DNA of 64,000 nucleotides from Bacteroidota bacterium. GTDB taxonomy: Bacteria > Bacteroidota > Bacteroidia > Chitinophagales > Saprospiraceae. A program made the position numbers and the translations under genes. The notes beneath the pieces are model-generated. The model ran no database searches and was not told the origin of the DNA. It worked only from the letters and a program-made list of their open reading frames with translations. Shown piece after piece: positions 34,148 to 44,424 of this stretch (its first letter is position 1; every line of letters starts with the position of its first letter). The stretch lies in assembly GCA_019136675.1 (NCBI GenBank), contig JAGVTV010000004.1, forward strand, positions 11,010 through 75,009. The letters are read 5' to 3'.

Positions 34148-36601
34148 ATGAAAGTACTGAAGTTCGGAGGCTCCTCGGTAGCCAGTGCAGACAGGATTAA
34201 AAATATTATCTCAATCGTTAAGCCCAGACTGGACTCGGGCGAAAAGCTGACCATCGTCTTTTCAGCCTTTGGGGGAGTCACGGATACGCTGATCGAAATG
34301 AGCGTACTGGCTAGTCATGGCAAGGACAAATACCTGGCTCTGTATCATCAGTTCAGGGACAGGCATACAACAGCTGCCAGAGAGCTGCTTTCAGAGCCGG
34401 GATTTCACGCCCTTAGTGCAGCTATGGACGAAAACCACGACACACTCAAGGATCTGCTAAAGGGCATCTTCCTGGTACGTGAAGCATCTCCCCGCACGAT
34501 GGATTATGTGCTTAGTTTTGGCGAGAGAAATGCCAATGTCATTATTGCGGAAGCCATGAAAGAAAATGGCATCAACGCCGAATATCTCGATGCCCGAAAA
34601 ATCATACGGACCAATAAGGATTTTGGCAATGCCCGGGTCAATTTCAAGCTGACCAATGAAGCCATCCGTGAGCATTACGCCGCCCATCAGGATAAGCTGC
34701 AGATCGTGACGGGATTTATCGGTTCCGACATCGGTGGACTAACTACCACCCTCGGCCGGGGAGGATCTGATTATACAGCTGCTATCCTGGCTGGAGCACT
34801 GGAAAGTGAAGTCCTGGAGATATGGACCGATGTAGACGGTGTGCTCACCAGTGACCCCCGCAAAGTCAAACAAGCATTTACCATACCGACACTAAGCTAT
34901 ACCGAAGCCATGGAAATGTCACACTTCGGAGCCAAGGTCATTTATCCGCCTACAATACAGCCCGCTCTAAACAAGGGCATACCCATTTATATCAAAAACA
35001 CCTTCAACCCATCTTTTTCAGGCACGCTTATTCACAAGGACCATGATACACGGTTCAGATCTACAATTAAAGGCATCAGCTCTTTAAGCAACCTGTCATT
35101 GCTGAGACTGCAAGGCAGCGGTATGATGGGTGTCCCCGGCGTATCGGGAAGACTGTTTACGGCTTTGGGCAAAGAGAAGATCAATGTCATCCTCATCACT
35201 CAGGCATCATCTGAGCATTCCATATGCCTTGCAGTGTCCGACAAGGAGTCCAAAAAAGCGGTGGTCGCCATCACGGAAGAATTCGAGAAGGAGATTGAAG
35301 ACGGGCTCATCGAATCGGTAAAATGTGAGACCGATCTTTGTGTAGTGGCCGTCGTAGGCGAAGAGATGAGAAATGTCCCCGGTGTAGCCGGAAGGCTGTT
35401 TGAAGGTCTGGGTAAAAACGGTATCAATGTCATTGCCATTGCTCAGGGCAGCTCAGAGCTCAATATCTCGTTTGTCATCAGCAAAGAAGACGAAACCAAA
35501 GCTTTAAATGCCATCCATGATTCTTTTTTCCTGTCAGACACAAAGAGAATACATGTGTTTATGGTCGGTGTAGGTCTGATAGGAGGTACCCTGCTAAGTC
35601 AGATCGAAGACCAGAAAGAAACCCTTAAGTCCCAAAACGGACTCGAGATTAAGGTCTGCGGCCTCGCCAACTCCAAAAATATGATCTTTGACGAAAACGG
35701 AATCGACCTAAGCAACTGGCGAAACCTGCTCAACGACAGCAATATTCCTTCGTCCTTTACAGAGTTTACCGGCAGGATGATCGGAATGAACCTCTCCAAT
35801 ACCATTTTTCTGGATAATACGGCAGATGCGGTGATTCCTTCCAATTACGAAAAAATCCTGGCAGCCAGCATTTCCATAGCCACTCCCAACAAGACAGCCG
35901 CATCCTCCGCATACAGCCACTACAGCCTCCTCAAGGAACTGGCCAAAAAGAACAACGTGGAGTTTTTATTTGAGACCAATGTAGGAGCTGGTCTGCCTGT
36001 GATCTCTACACTCCGCAACCTTATACACAGCGGAGACAGGATTATAAGCATAGAAGCAGTTTTGTCAGGGTCCGTTTCATTTATTTTCAACAATTTTGAC
36101 GGCAGCAAGCCTTTCAGCCATCTTGTGGAGGAAGCAAGAGCTCTGGGTTACACAGAGCCGGACCCAAGAGATGACCTTTCCGGGGCCGATGTAAAAAGAA
36201 AGATAACCATCCTGGCCCGGGAGGCGGGCCTAAAGACAGAAACGGACGAGGTCACTATCCATCCTATCCTTCCGGAAACATGTATGAAAGCATCAGATGT
36301 GGAAGCGTTTTTTGAGGAACTAAAACGGCAAAACGTTTATTTTGACGGAATGCTGAAAGCGGCTTCCGCCGAAAACAAGGTGCTGCGTTTTATTGCCCGT
36401 GTGGATGACGACAAAGTGTCATGTGGTCTGGAGGAAGTTGGTTCCGACAGTCCTTTTTATCATTTGGCAGGTAGTGACAATATGATCGTTTTTACAACCC
36501 AAAGATACAGGCAGCGACCGCTTGTAGTCAGAGGGCCCGGAGCAGGTGCAGAGGTCACTGCAGCCGGATTGTTTGCTGAGATCATAAGTGCAGGAAATTA
36601 A
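34148..36601 (+). CDS. thrA: Bifunctional aspartate kinase / homoserine dehydrogenase I
   Basis: 817 aa. MKVLKFGGSSVA kinase N-terminus, two ACT domains, and a homoserine dehydrogenase C-domain (VFMVGVGLIGG...). Confidence 0.96.
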   Translation: MKVLKFGGSSVASADRIKNIISIVKPRLDSGEKLTIVFSAFGGVTDTLIEMSVLASHGKDKYLALYHQFRDRHTTAARELLSEPGFHALSAAMDENHDTLKDLLKGIFLVREASPRTMDYVLSFGERNANVIIAEAMKENGINAEYLDARKIIRTNKDFGNARVNFKLTNEAIREHYAAHQDKLQIVTGFIGSDIGGLTTTLGRGGSDYTAAILAGALESEVLEIWTDVDGVLTSDPRKVKQAFTIPTLSYTEAMEMSHFGAKVIYPPTIQPALNKGIPIYIKNTFNPSFSGTLIHKDHDTRFRSTIKGISSLSNLSLLRLQGSGMMGVPGVSGRLFTALGKEKINVILITQASSEHSICLAVSDKESKKAVVAITEEFEKEIEDGLIESVKCETDLCVVAVVGEEMRNVPGVAGRLFEGLGKNGINVIAIAQGSSELNISFVISKEDETKALNAIHDSFFLSDTKRIHVFMVGVGLIGGTLLSQIEDQKETLKSQNGLEIKVCGLANSKNMIFDENGIDLSNWRNLLNDSNIPSSFTEFTGRMIGMNLSNTIFLDNTADAVIPSNYEKILAASISIATPNKTAASSAYSHYSLLKELAKKNNVEFLFETNVGAGLPVISTLRNLIHSGDRIISIEAVLSGSVSFIFNNFDGSKPFSHLVEEARALGYTEPDPRDDLSGADVKRKITILAREAGLKTETDEVTIHPILPETCMKASDVEAFFEELKRQNVYFDGMLKAASAENKVLRFIARVDDDKVSCGLEEVGSDSPFYHLAGSDNMIVFTTQRYRQRPLVVRGPGAGAEVTAAGLFAEIISAGN

Positions 36602-36609
36602 TATACAGT

Positions 36610-37545
36610 ATGTCCAAACCAGGAATTAAGGTTTTTGCCCCGGCATCGGTAGCCAACGTGGCGGTTGGATTTGACATTCTCGGCTTTGCCCTGGAGAGGC
36701 CGGGCGATGAGATCATCGTAAGAGAAGGCACCAAACCCGGCCTGCACATCACCGACATTAGGGGTGCCGGAGGGCGGTTATCATATGATGTACAAAAAAA
36801 TACGGCCGGCTATTCTGCCTGGAGGCTGCTGGAGTCCCTGGGTGAGACCCAAAGGCCGATAGAAATGGAAATACACAAGAAGATGCCATTTGGCAGTGGC
36901 CTCGGATCATCCGCTGCCAGTGCTGCCGGTGGTGTATTTGCGGTAAGCGAATTTCTCAGGACGGGCCTCTCCAAACACGAAATTCTCCGGTTTGCAGTCG
37001 AGGGCGAGCAACTGGCCGACGGTGCCTTTCATGCTGATAATGTGGGTCCATCCCTCCTCGGGGGCATGGTCCTGATCCGCGACAATCAGACACTTGATTT
37101 TAAAAAACTCCATGTGCCTCACGGCCTTTGTGTCGCTGTCATATACCCGCATATTGAGATCCTCACAAGGGAGTCCCGGGGTATCCTCAAAAGGGAGGTG
37201 CCATTTGCCGATGTCATAATCCAGAGCGGCAACCTGGGAGCTTTTGTGGCCGCCATGTACACTTCTGATTTTGACCTGATAAGAAGGTCGCTCCGGGACG
37301 TGCTGGTAGAACCCCAAAGGGCCCACCTGATCCCACATTTTTATAACATGAAGGAGCTTGCCCTTGGAGCAGGAGCCCTTGGATTCAGCATAAGCGGTGC
37401 AGGACCTTCGATGTTTGCACTTTGTGACAATACAGCCAAGGCCGAAGCCGTGATCGAGGCAGCCGAAAAACTTTACAAAACCCACAAGATCAGTATAAAT
37501 ACCTATTTTTCAAAAATTAACCAGGAAGGGGCCATTCGCTTCTGA
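36610..37545 (+). CDS. thrB: Homoserine kinase
   Basis: 311 aa GHMP kinase. FAPASVANVAVGFDILG, PFGSGLGSSAASAA. Confidence 0.95.
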   Translation: MSKPGIKVFAPASVANVAVGFDILGFALERPGDEIIVREGTKPGLHITDIRGAGGRLSYDVQKNTAGYSAWRLLESLGETQRPIEMEIHKKMPFGSGLGSSAASAAGGVFAVSEFLRTGLSKHEILRFAVEGEQLADGAFHADNVGPSLLGGMVLIRDNQTLDFKKLHVPHGLCVAVIYPHIEILTRESRGILKREVPFADVIIQSGNLGAFVAAMYTSDFDLIRRSLRDVLVEPQRAHLIPHFYNMKELALGAGALGFSISGAGPSMFALCDNTAKAEAVIEAAEKLYKTHKISINTYFSKINQEGAIRF

Positions 37546-37558
37546 TTCGTAACCTGCC

Positions 37559-38848
37559 ATGCAGCTATACAGCACAAACAACAGAAATATAAAGGCTACC
37601 CTCAAGGAGGCGGTCATGCAGTCCCTGGCACCTGACAGGGGACTTTATATGCCCGAATCCATCGGAAAGCTTCCGGAGGGATTTGTTGAAGGCCTGCAAA
37701 ACCGAAGCTTAGAGGAGACCGGATATGAGATAAGCCGGCTTCTGACCGGTGATGAAATTCCGGCTGCCGATCTCCGGGAGATAGTAAGTAAAGCCATTGA
37801 TTTTCCGGCTCCCATCGTATTTTTGGATGACAACAGGGCATCCCTGGAGCTTTGGCACGGGCCGAGCCTGGCCTTCAAGGACTTCGGGGCCCGGTTTATG
37901 GCCCGACTGATGTCATGGTTTATCCGGGGTGAGGACAGGAAAATTACGATCCTGGTGGCTACTTCAGGAGACACGGGAGGAGCGGTTGCAGCAGGTTTTT
38001 ACAAGACTCCGGGCATAGAGGTTATCATCCTTTATCCTTCCGGCAAAGTAAGCGACCTCCAGGAAAAGCAACTGACGACTCTGGGAGAAAATATCACAGC
38101 CATTGAGGTTGAGGGTACCTTTGACGATTGTCAGGCCATGGTCAAAGAAGCTTTTTCTGATCCGGGGCTGCATGGAAAGTATGACCTCAGCTCAGCCAAC
38201 AGTATCAATATTGCCAGACTGATACCTCAAAGTTTTTACTATTTTGAAGGCTACAGGCAGGTGATGCACACCGGCCTGGATGTGGTGATCAGTGTACCCA
38301 GCGGAAATTTTGGCAACCTGACTGCCGGCCTGATGGCCAAAAAAATGGGCTTGCCAGTAAAAAAGTTTATTGCCGCCACCAACATCAACAAAGTCGTTCC
38401 CGACTATCTGGAGTCCGGCATTTTTTGCCCCAGAACCTCCGAGGCAACCATAAGCAATGCCATGGATGTGGGCAATCCCAGCAATTTTGTCCGTATCCTT
38501 GAACTCTACCACCACGATCTTGAGTCCATACGCCGGGATATAACCGGTTTTTGGCTGGACGATGATGCCACACGCCTTGCCATGAAAGAGGCTTACGACC
38601 ACCATGGATATATATGTGATCCGCACGGGGCCATCGGTTACAAATCCCTCGATATGACCCGAGAAGGAGAGATCGGTCTATTTCTTGAGACAGCCCACCC
38701 TGCCAAGTTTATCGACACTGTGCAGGAGACGCTGGGCATAACTATACCGGTACCAGAAAGCCTGAGTATCCTGGCAAATAAGCAAAAGTCCGCTGTACTG
38801 CTGCCTCCGGTGTACGCAGCATTCAGGAACTGGCTTCTAAGCAGATAA
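37559..38848 (+). CDS. thrC: Threonine synthase
   Basis: 429 aa with the PLP lysine context GPSLAFKDFG, and ATSGDTGGA. Confidence 0.95.
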   Translation: MQLYSTNNRNIKATLKEAVMQSLAPDRGLYMPESIGKLPEGFVEGLQNRSLEETGYEISRLLTGDEIPAADLREIVSKAIDFPAPIVFLDDNRASLELWHGPSLAFKDFGARFMARLMSWFIRGEDRKITILVATSGDTGGAVAAGFYKTPGIEVIILYPSGKVSDLQEKQLTTLGENITAIEVEGTFDDCQAMVKEAFSDPGLHGKYDLSSANSINIARLIPQSFYYFEGYRQVMHTGLDVVISVPSGNFGNLTAGLMAKKMGLPVKKFIAATNINKVVPDYLESGIFCPRTSEATISNAMDVGNPSNFVRILELYHHDLESIRRDITGFWLDDDATRLAMKEAYDHHGYICDPHGAIGYKSLDMTREGEIGLFLETAHPAKFIDTVQETLGITIPVPESLSILANKQKSAVLLPPVYAAFRNWLLSR

Positions 38849-38850
38849 GG

Positions 38851-39873
38851 TCAGGTAAACAATGCGTATTTCTGCCCTGCCGCAAAACTTTGCTTAAACA
38901 GCAGACATGTATCTGCAATGGTGTTGCTCACCGGGATGTAGTTCATGCCCAGGTCTGAAACTGAGGCTGTATTTTGATAATAAGACTCAGCCGAAGTACT
39001 TCTGAGCGTAGCCATACTGAGCAGGGGTTTTCTGCCGGAAAAAAGTGACCTTAACTTATCATAAACCAGCACTGGAAAAAACAAATTACGGCTGATGGCA
39101 GCTCCGGGTTTTTTAACTCCCAGGTGGTCGGCTATCAAGCCAAAAACCTCTCCATATGGAAGATTCTGGCTACTGATGATGTACCTTTTGCCATTTTGGT
39201 CCGGAGCCATGGCCCTGATCACTGCATCTGCCACGTCCCTGACATCTACCCATCCGGTAACCCCGGCCGGAAAAAACTTCAATCCTCCGTAGATCTCACT
39301 TATGACACGGAGTGAGGTCTTTTCCCAGTTTCCGGCTCCAAGTATCATAGAGGGATTGAGGATCGTGGTATTGAGTCCCTCGGCATTGGCCCGCCACACT
39401 TCCTGCTCAGCCAGAAATTTGGCCAGTCCGTAATCAGTATCATACTGGCTATGGGCAAACATCTGCCGTTCAGAGATCTCCTCCACTGGCTTGCGTCTGC
39501 CTATGGCTGCCACTGAACTTATGTGAACAAACTTTGGGGTATTGGCTTCCAGAGCTGCATTAACCAGATTGGCAGTACCATCCATAGCTGAGCTTAAAAG
39601 TGATTTTCTTCCGGAAGTAAAACTCACCTCTGCTGCAGCGTGGATAATGCAGTCCATCCCTTTGACCGTATCATACATAAGTGAGACATCCCTGATATCT
39701 CCCCTGACGATATCCAGATCCTTTTTCAGGTCAGATATAAGAGAAAGGTCACCATTCTGCCGCACGAGGCAAGTCAGCTCATACCGGCCACTGGCAGTAA
39801 GCTTTCGGGTTATGTAGCTGCCCAGAAAACCATTAGCTCCGGTAATCAGTACTTTGCGAGGCTTATCTGTCAT
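38851..39873 (-). CDS. NAD-dependent epimerase/dehydratase family (extended SDR) protein
   Basis: KVLITGANGFLGSYITRKL Rossmann motif and YGLAK catalytic YxxxK. ATG 39873 is preferred; the track starts at TTG 39906, which overlaps the upstream gene. Confidence 0.8.
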   Translation of the reverse strand: MTDKPRKVLITGANGFLGSYITRKLTASGRYELTCLVRQNGDLSLISDLKKDLDIVRGDIRDVSLMYDTVKGMDCIIHAAAEVSFTSGRKSLLSSAMDGTANLVNAALEANTPKFVHISSVAAIGRRKPVEEISERQMFAHSQYDTDYGLAKFLAEQEVWRANAEGLNTTILNPSMILGAGNWEKTSLRVISEIYGGLKFFPAGVTGWVDVRDVADAVIRAMAPDQNGKRYIISSQNLPYGEVFGLIADHLGVKKPGAAISRNLFFPVLVYDKLRSLFSGRKPLLSMATLRSTSAESYYQNTASVSDLGMNYIPVSNTIADTCLLFKQSFAAGQKYALFT

Positions 39874-39895
39874 CCCGGCTGAGGACCTTGGCGGC

Positions 39896-40318
39896 TCAGG
39901 ATTCAAAAACTTCTATAAGGGCATTGACCGTCACCAGGTCTGTAAATTTGCCCTTAAACCTTGTCGCCTTGACCAAATGGTTGTCTATCCAGTGGTAATT
40001 GCCGCCACGAGGTTTGCCCACGAGAAGACCATGATATTTAAACCCGTGACGATTGAGCCACTCTTCGGTTATTTCCCTGTGTTCCTCGGTTCTGGAGGTA
40101 AAAAATGTGATTACATGCCCCTCATCATACCACTTATTACATATCTCCAGGGCGTCAGGATATGGCTCAACAATTGACATCCTTTCCGGCTCCTCATTTG
40201 GGACATCGTCACATATTGTACCGTCAATGTCAATAAGGAAATTCTTGACATTTTCAGGTAATACCGGACTAAGGTTTTCTCCTTTTTCATTTTTGAGATT
40301 CTTAAAATCAAAACTCAT
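39896..40318 (-). CDS. HAD-superfamily phosphatase-like protein
   Basis: LIDIDGTICDD (DxDGT nucleophile motif) and TSRTEEH. ATG 40318 (MSFDFKNLK) lies 17 nt after the upstream stop. The track's 163-aa version extends into the M23 gene. Confidence 0.65.
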   Translation of the reverse strand: MSFDFKNLKNEKGENLSPVLPENVKNFLIDIDGTICDDVPNEEPERMSIVEPYPDALEICNKWYDEGHVITFFTSRTEEHREITEEWLNRHGFKYHGLLVGKPRGGNYHWIDNHLVKATRFKGKFTDLVTVNALIEVFES

Positions 40319-40335
40319 TATCCTATTATTTTCTG

Positions 40336-41160
40336 CTATTGAAAAGTAATGTATTTCTCCGGGTTGATGTATTTGCCGTCGTACCACATCTCAAAGTGAA
40401 GATGTGGCCCGGTCGACTTTTCCCCGGAATTACCGATGATGGCAACTGCCTGTCCGGTTTTTATCACATCGCCCGTCTGGACCAGAAGCACTGAATTGTG
40501 CTTATAGACCGAAACTATATTTTTATTATGCTGAATGTAAACCGAATTTCCTGAACTCACCGATTGATCTGCATTCATCACGACCCCATCCATGATGGAC
40601 TTGATGGGGGTGTCCTTGGCAGCTATGATGTCTACCCCGTAATGCTGGATGGAAGGATCAAATCTGGCAGAGACCTGCCCTGAAACAGGCGTTGCAAATT
40701 TTAAAAAATCAAGCTCCTTTGCCCTGATCGTTTCCCTTAGTTCCTCCTGATCGACAAGCTCAGGCCTGATACTTTTTGCGGCTGCAGCCGAATCAATCTT
40801 CTCCACACTGCTGTTGTAAATACCCCCCGTGAGCATATTTTTAAGACCACCGATATAGGTATCATAGGCCGAAACCGATCTTTCAAGTTCATCCACTTTC
40901 TTTGACAACTCAATGAATTTTTTATTGTCAGTAATATCTCCGTATCCTGGTATCAGCCTTTTAACGGGAGTAAAGACAATAAAAGAGATTACAAGTGCAG
41001 ACAAAAGCAGGGCAATGACACTCAGAAAGATGTAAAAACTGAGAAGGGAAAGGTTGTACGAACCTACCTCTTCCAGATTTTCGTCATCCAGGATGGAGAT
41101 TCTGTATGTATCCCGGAGCCTGTCCCATAACTTCCTTTTGGCTTGCAAACCATCTGGCAT
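40336..41160 (-). CDS. M23 family (LytM-type) metallopeptidase with N-terminal TM anchor
   Basis: 274 aa. HYGVDIIAAKDTPI, GNSGEKSTGPHLHFEMWYDGKYINP. Confidence 0.92.
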   Translation of the reverse strand: MPDGLQAKRKLWDRLRDTYRISILDDENLEEVGSYNLSLLSFYIFLSVIALLLSALVISFIVFTPVKRLIPGYGDITDNKKFIELSKKVDELERSVSAYDTYIGGLKNMLTGGIYNSSVEKIDSAAAAKSIRPELVDQEELRETIRAKELDFLKFATPVSGQVSARFDPSIQHYGVDIIAAKDTPIKSIMDGVVMNADQSVSSGNSVYIQHNKNIVSVYKHNSVLLVQTGDVIKTGQAVAIIGNSGEKSTGPHLHFEMWYDGKYINPEKYITFQ

Positions 41161-41208
41161 GTTCCAGAATTTTAGCTAAAATTAAGTGAAATATAAAATA
41201 ATTTTCTG

Positions 41209-41216
41209 CAAAAGTA
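41209..41216 (-). promoter_or_regulatory. -7 promoter box TACTTTTG upstream of the M23 peptidase operon
   Basis: The reverse complement of caaaagta lies 48 nt upstream of the ATG at 41160. Confidence 0.4.
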
Positions 41217-41271
41217 GTTATTATAATCTTAGGGGCTTTAAAATTTGTATTTAATTAACAAAATAAGGATT

Positions 41272-41279
41272 TATCTTTG
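41272..41279 (+). promoter_or_regulatory. -7 promoter box TATCTTTG upstream of the TPR lipoprotein gene
   Basis: Exact TAnnTTTG, 39 nt upstream of the TTG start at 41319. Confidence 0.5.
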
Positions 41280-41318
41280 CCTCCACGATTTAAACATTAA
41301 TAAAAAGAATAATATATT

Positions 41319-44300
41319 TTGTCAAGGTTATTTTTATACTGTTTTTTGGTCATTGGCTTCGTAGTAGCTACTGTTTCCTGTGTCACCCAGAAAAAAAGAG
41401 GAGAAACCTCAAAATTCGGTAAGTTTTACCATAACACGACCGCTCTGTATAATGGATACTGGAACGCCCGCGAAATCATGAAAGAAAGCATGAAGACCCT
41501 CCGGGCTGCTAACAGCGATGACTACAACAAAATACTGGAAGTAGAAGATTATGTCTCTGTGGACAACTCCAAGATGGTCAAAGCGGAGATGGACAAGATC
41601 ATAGAAAAGGTAAGCACTGTATCCGCTCTGCATGAGCCCAGCGACTGGATTGATGACTGCTATGTCATGATGGCAAAGGCCCAGTATATGAAGCAGGAAT
41701 ACGAAACCGCAGAAGAAACCCTGGAGTATTTTCAGGAAGACTTCAATCCGTCCAATCCGTACGGACGCAATTACAAAAGCAGGAAACCCACCGGAAAAGC
41801 TGCTAAAAAAGCCCGTGAAGAAGAAAAGAAAGAAAAAGAAAAAGAACGTGAGGCTAAGAAAAAGGAGTTAAAAGAACAAAAGGAGGAGGCGTCAAGGACC
41901 CGCGAAGAAGAGAGAAAAAACGTGGCCAAATCCAAAGCCGACGAAAAGAAGGAACGTGCCAAACAACGTGAAAAAGAGCGGAAAGAAAAGGAGAAGTTAA
42001 GAAAGGAAAACGCCAAAAACCGTAAACAAGGCAAGACTGTGGCAAAGCAGGATGCTGAGCCCAAACAAACAGCAACACCCACCAGGGAAACGGAAAAAAA
42101 ATCAACTACCACTCCTCAGCCACCAAAAACGGAAAAAAAATCAACAAAGGAAGAAGAGGAATTTAAGCCCGTCAAACCCTTAAAGCCCCAGGTGGACGAG
42201 ACCGCATACAGTGAAGGATTGCTTTGGCTGGCTAAGACATATATAAAAAGACAAAACTGGTACTCTGCTGAGATGCTGCTCGATAAGCTGGAGTCAGGTG
42301 CGGTAAGTGATGACATCAAGGGAGAACTTCCGGCAACCTATGCAAGCCTCTATATAAAACAGGAAAAATATCCGGACGCTCTCGCAAAACTGGACCAGGC
42401 CATCGAAACTGAAGATTCCGGAAACCTAAAGGGCAGATATGCCTTTATAGCGGGCCAGATCTCAGAAATCACAGGAGCAAATGACCGGGCACTTGCCTAC
42501 TATCAGAAAGCCGGCAAATACACAAAAAACCTGAGGATGGAATTCATGTCCGAGCTTGCGGAAGCTAAATCTGGACTGTCAAGTGGTTCAAAGTCAAGGG
42601 AAGAAGTGCTTTCCGACCTCAAGAAAATGCTCGGTGAGGATAAAAATCTCGAGTATAAGGACCAGATCTATTTTACTATTGCAGAAATAGAAAACAAGCA
42701 GAAAAATTACGCGGAGGCTGTGGCCAATTTCAGGAACTCCATAAATGCCAATATCTCAAACCAAAAGTTAAAGACAGAATCCTACTACCAGATAGCTGAG
42801 ATCTATTACGGCGAGGAAAAATTTCTGGAGGCAGCAAATTATTACGATACGACCAGAAACCTGCTTCAAAAGGCAGATGAAAGGTTTGGCAAGGTATCAA
42901 GGTATGTAGAAAACCTCAAGGACATAGCCACCAACCTGGAGATAATAAAATACAATGACACCCTCCTGTATTTTGCCTCTCTCAGCCCTGAAGACCAGAA
43001 GAAAGTCATACCCGGATGGCTCAAGCGTAACAAGAGGGATATCCCTGAAGAAAAAGAAACAGCTCCAAAAGATGGCAAGCTGATCAATCCGTCTATGACG
43101 GTGGATTTTGGAAACAGCAACTTTTTTGCCTACAACAAAACGGCAAAGATGAAGGGAAAGGATGAATTTGAAAAATCCTGGGGTAAACGTCCGCTTGAGG
43201 ATAACTGGCGTAGACAGAACAAAGCCACGGGCACAAAAGAGGAGGTCACTGAGGTGACAAAAACAGATCAGCCGGATACTGCAAAGGATGAAATCAGCAA
43301 GGAAGATTACGAAAAGTTTCTCAGAGAACTTCCTAACAATCCTATGAAAAAGCAGGAAACCAATGACAAGATCATGAATGCCATGTTTACTCTTGGAAAA
43401 CTGTTCAGAGATAAAATTACCAATCCCGGCAAATCAGCTTCTACACTTGAAAACATGCATACCAGATTTGGGCCTACGCCCAATGAACTGGACTCATATT
43501 TTTACCTCTACCTGGACCATACTGACCTCGAAAATCTAACCAAAGCCGAAGAATACAGGCAAAAGCTCATCAGGAAATATCCGGACTCAAAGTACTCGGT
43601 TATCCTGTCAGACCCTGACTTTTTTAACAAACCGAAATCCGAGAGCAACAGAGCTGAAAAGTATTACAAGGCCACTTATGCTCTTTTTGAAAAAAAGGAA
43701 TACCAGAAGGCACTGGATGCTATCGACCAGTCAGGAAAGGCCATCGAGGAGGACGATTCCTACAATGCGAGGTTTTTACTGCTCAGGGCCATGTGCCTCG
43801 GCGGAAGGGATGGCAAGGAAGCATATGCCAAGGCACTTAATGAGGTAATCGCAGCCTATCCAGGGTCTCCTGAGCAAGCCAAGGCCAAGGAAATACTCAG
43901 ATTCCTGGGGGGTGATGCCAGTGCCTTTACCGAGGTGCGTGATGTCGATAAGATATACCAGCGTGATCAGACCATGGTTCACTATGTAGCCGTAATCACC
44001 TACAATCTTGAGGAAACAAAACATATCAACTTTAAAGTCGCCATTTCTGAATACAACAAGAAGAACTTTAAAAAAGAAAACCTTCAGCTGGGAGACGGCA
44101 CGCTAAATCTCGACGAAAATGCCCAGATTATCCTGGTCAGGAAATTTGAAAACGAAGAAAAAGCCATGGAATATTACAGGAAAGTGATGAGTGATGCAGC
44201 AGAATTCACAGGCAATGAAACGTATTCCTATGATGTCTTTCCCATCTCCCAGGCCAATTACAGAAAAATGATCAGCGAAAGGAACGCAGCATCTTACCGC

Positions 44301-44336
44301 GTGTTTTTTGAAACCAAGTTGTTGGGCTCAAAGTAA
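41319..44336 (+). CDS. Large TPR-repeat lipoprotein with a Lys/Glu-rich insert (possibly PorW/SprE-like T9SS/gliding component)
   Basis: 1005 aa. The lipoprotein signal ends VATVSC. An N-terminal YHNTTALYNGYWNA motif and multiple TPR-like helices resemble SprE/PorW-type proteins; this is from memory and not verified. Residues about 150-290 are low-complexity K/E/R. Confidence 0.6.
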   Translation: MSRLFLYCFLVIGFVVATVSCVTQKKRGETSKFGKFYHNTTALYNGYWNAREIMKESMKTLRAANSDDYNKILEVEDYVSVDNSKMVKAEMDKIIEKVSTVSALHEPSDWIDDCYVMMAKAQYMKQEYETAEETLEYFQEDFNPSNPYGRNYKSRKPTGKAAKKAREEEKKEKEKEREAKKKELKEQKEEASRTREEERKNVAKSKADEKKERAKQREKERKEKEKLRKENAKNRKQGKTVAKQDAEPKQTATPTRETEKKSTTTPQPPKTEKKSTKEEEEFKPVKPLKPQVDETAYSEGLLWLAKTYIKRQNWYSAEMLLDKLESGAVSDDIKGELPATYASLYIKQEKYPDALAKLDQAIETEDSGNLKGRYAFIAGQISEITGANDRALAYYQKAGKYTKNLRMEFMSELAEAKSGLSSGSKSREEVLSDLKKMLGEDKNLEYKDQIYFTIAEIENKQKNYAEAVANFRNSINANISNQKLKTESYYQIAEIYYGEEKFLEAANYYDTTRNLLQKADERFGKVSRYVENLKDIATNLEIIKYNDTLLYFASLSPEDQKKVIPGWLKRNKRDIPEEKETAPKDGKLINPSMTVDFGNSNFFAYNKTAKMKGKDEFEKSWGKRPLEDNWRRQNKATGTKEEVTEVTKTDQPDTAKDEISKEDYEKFLRELPNNPMKKQETNDKIMNAMFTLGKLFRDKITNPGKSASTLENMHTRFGPTPNELDSYFYLYLDHTDLENLTKAEEYRQKLIRKYPDSKYSVILSDPDFFNKPKSESNRAEKYYKATYALFEKKEYQKALDAIDQSGKAIEEDDSYNARFLLLRAMCLGGRDGKEAYAKALNEVIAAYPGSPEQAKAKEILRFLGGDASAFTEVRDVDKIYQRDQTMVHYVAVITYNLEETKHINFKVAISEYNKKNFKKENLQLGDGTLNLDENAQIILVRKFENEEKAMEYYRKVMSDAAEFTGNETYSYDVFPISQANYRKMISERNAASYRVFFETKLLGSK

Positions 44337-44377
44337 CCTTTAACACCATTAATGGCTTGCGGTTGATGACCTTTTGT

Positions 44378-44385
44378 TAAATTTG
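44378..44385 (+). promoter_or_regulatory. -7 promoter box TAAATTTG upstream of nadB
   Basis: Exact TAnnTTTG, 39 nt upstream of the GTG start at 44425. Confidence 0.45.
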
Positions 44386-44424
44386 CCGTATCAAGGATAC
44401 CTATAACAATTAATCTCAGACAAG

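Noticed and set aside
41771-42319. Minus-strand ORFs of 113, 83 and 67 aa
   Set aside because: They are antisense artefacts of the Lys/Glu-rich low-complexity coding tract of the TPR lipoprotein. The plus-strand ORFs 55118-55524 opposite the polyproline tract of TonB are the same kind of artefact.
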